Origin: Amoebophrya sp. A120
Lineage: Eukaryota > Protista > Dinoflagellata
Assembly: GCA_905178155.1 (NCBI GenBank)
Contig: CAJINV010000027.1
Coordinates: 185,697-249,696, forward strand
Length of the DNA stretch: 64,000 nucleotides
Direction of reading: 5' to 3'
Every line of letters begins with the position of its first letter. Position 1 is the first letter of the stretch. Both the position numbers and the translations under genes were made by a program. Below the pieces are notes generated by a model. The model did not search any database and was not told the DNA's origin. It saw nothing but the letters and a program-made list of their open reading frames with translations. Positions 63,901 through 64,000 of the stretch are shown here, in pieces.

Positions 63901-64000
63901 CCCAGCTCCTACCCAAAGGGAAATTTGTGATGCCGAATTGTGACCACATAATTTTGTACCGGAACAAGGCGCTTCTAGCGGCGCAGCAGTGCTGCGTGCC
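60904..64000 (+). CDS. Hypothetical multi-exon gene fragment, probably running off the window
   Basis: GC-richer coding-like islands (e.g. SSNGDKMLKDFRASVHNHLPNLGGDN; FLRDQREFGFLNAKAGQQPGVGGAYG) lie between intact (61581-61842, 62643-62921) and decayed elements. Not fully reconstructed. Confidence 0.35.

Noticed and set aside
1-64000. Autonomous transposase for the introners
   Set aside because: No DDE or other transposase-like ORF was recognised, and all elements here look non-autonomous. TAT ends with a 5-bp TSD did not let me assign a superfamily.
1-64000. rRNA, tRNA or telomeric repeats
   Set aside because: None recognised by eye; tRNAscan-SE and Infernal would be needed to exclude them formally.

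Overview
Eukaryotic genomic DNA, most consistent with the parasitic dinoflagellate Amoebophrya (Syndiniales); this assignment is inferred from architecture, not from a search. About seven genes can be rebuilt by hand, all on the + strand: a SET-domain lysine methyltransferase, a transmembrane RING-H2 E3 ligase, a PGAM5-like phosphatase, a very large EF-hand protein and three hypotheticals. They are split by more than 80 MITE-like introner elements, mostly 150-330 bp, in at least six terminal-inverted-repeat (TIR) families. Almost all begin TAT, end ATA and are flanked by a 5-bp direct repeat (TSD). Removing an element plus exactly 5 nt restored the reading frame at essentially every junction I traced, in either element orientation and mostly without GT-AG ends. 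All families share an internal TTGTNATGC motif. Decayed copies point to one fixed splice register and a drift towards ordinary GT-AG introns. Eleven tandem arrays (20-462 bp units) are present. Five carry one long palindrome per unit, and several sit inside introner introns, one of which may be 10.7 kb. A 1.9-kb direct-repeat-bounded element lies at 39981-41879. Most entries in the supplied ORF track are artefacts of these repeats. All coordinates and translations were done by eye.
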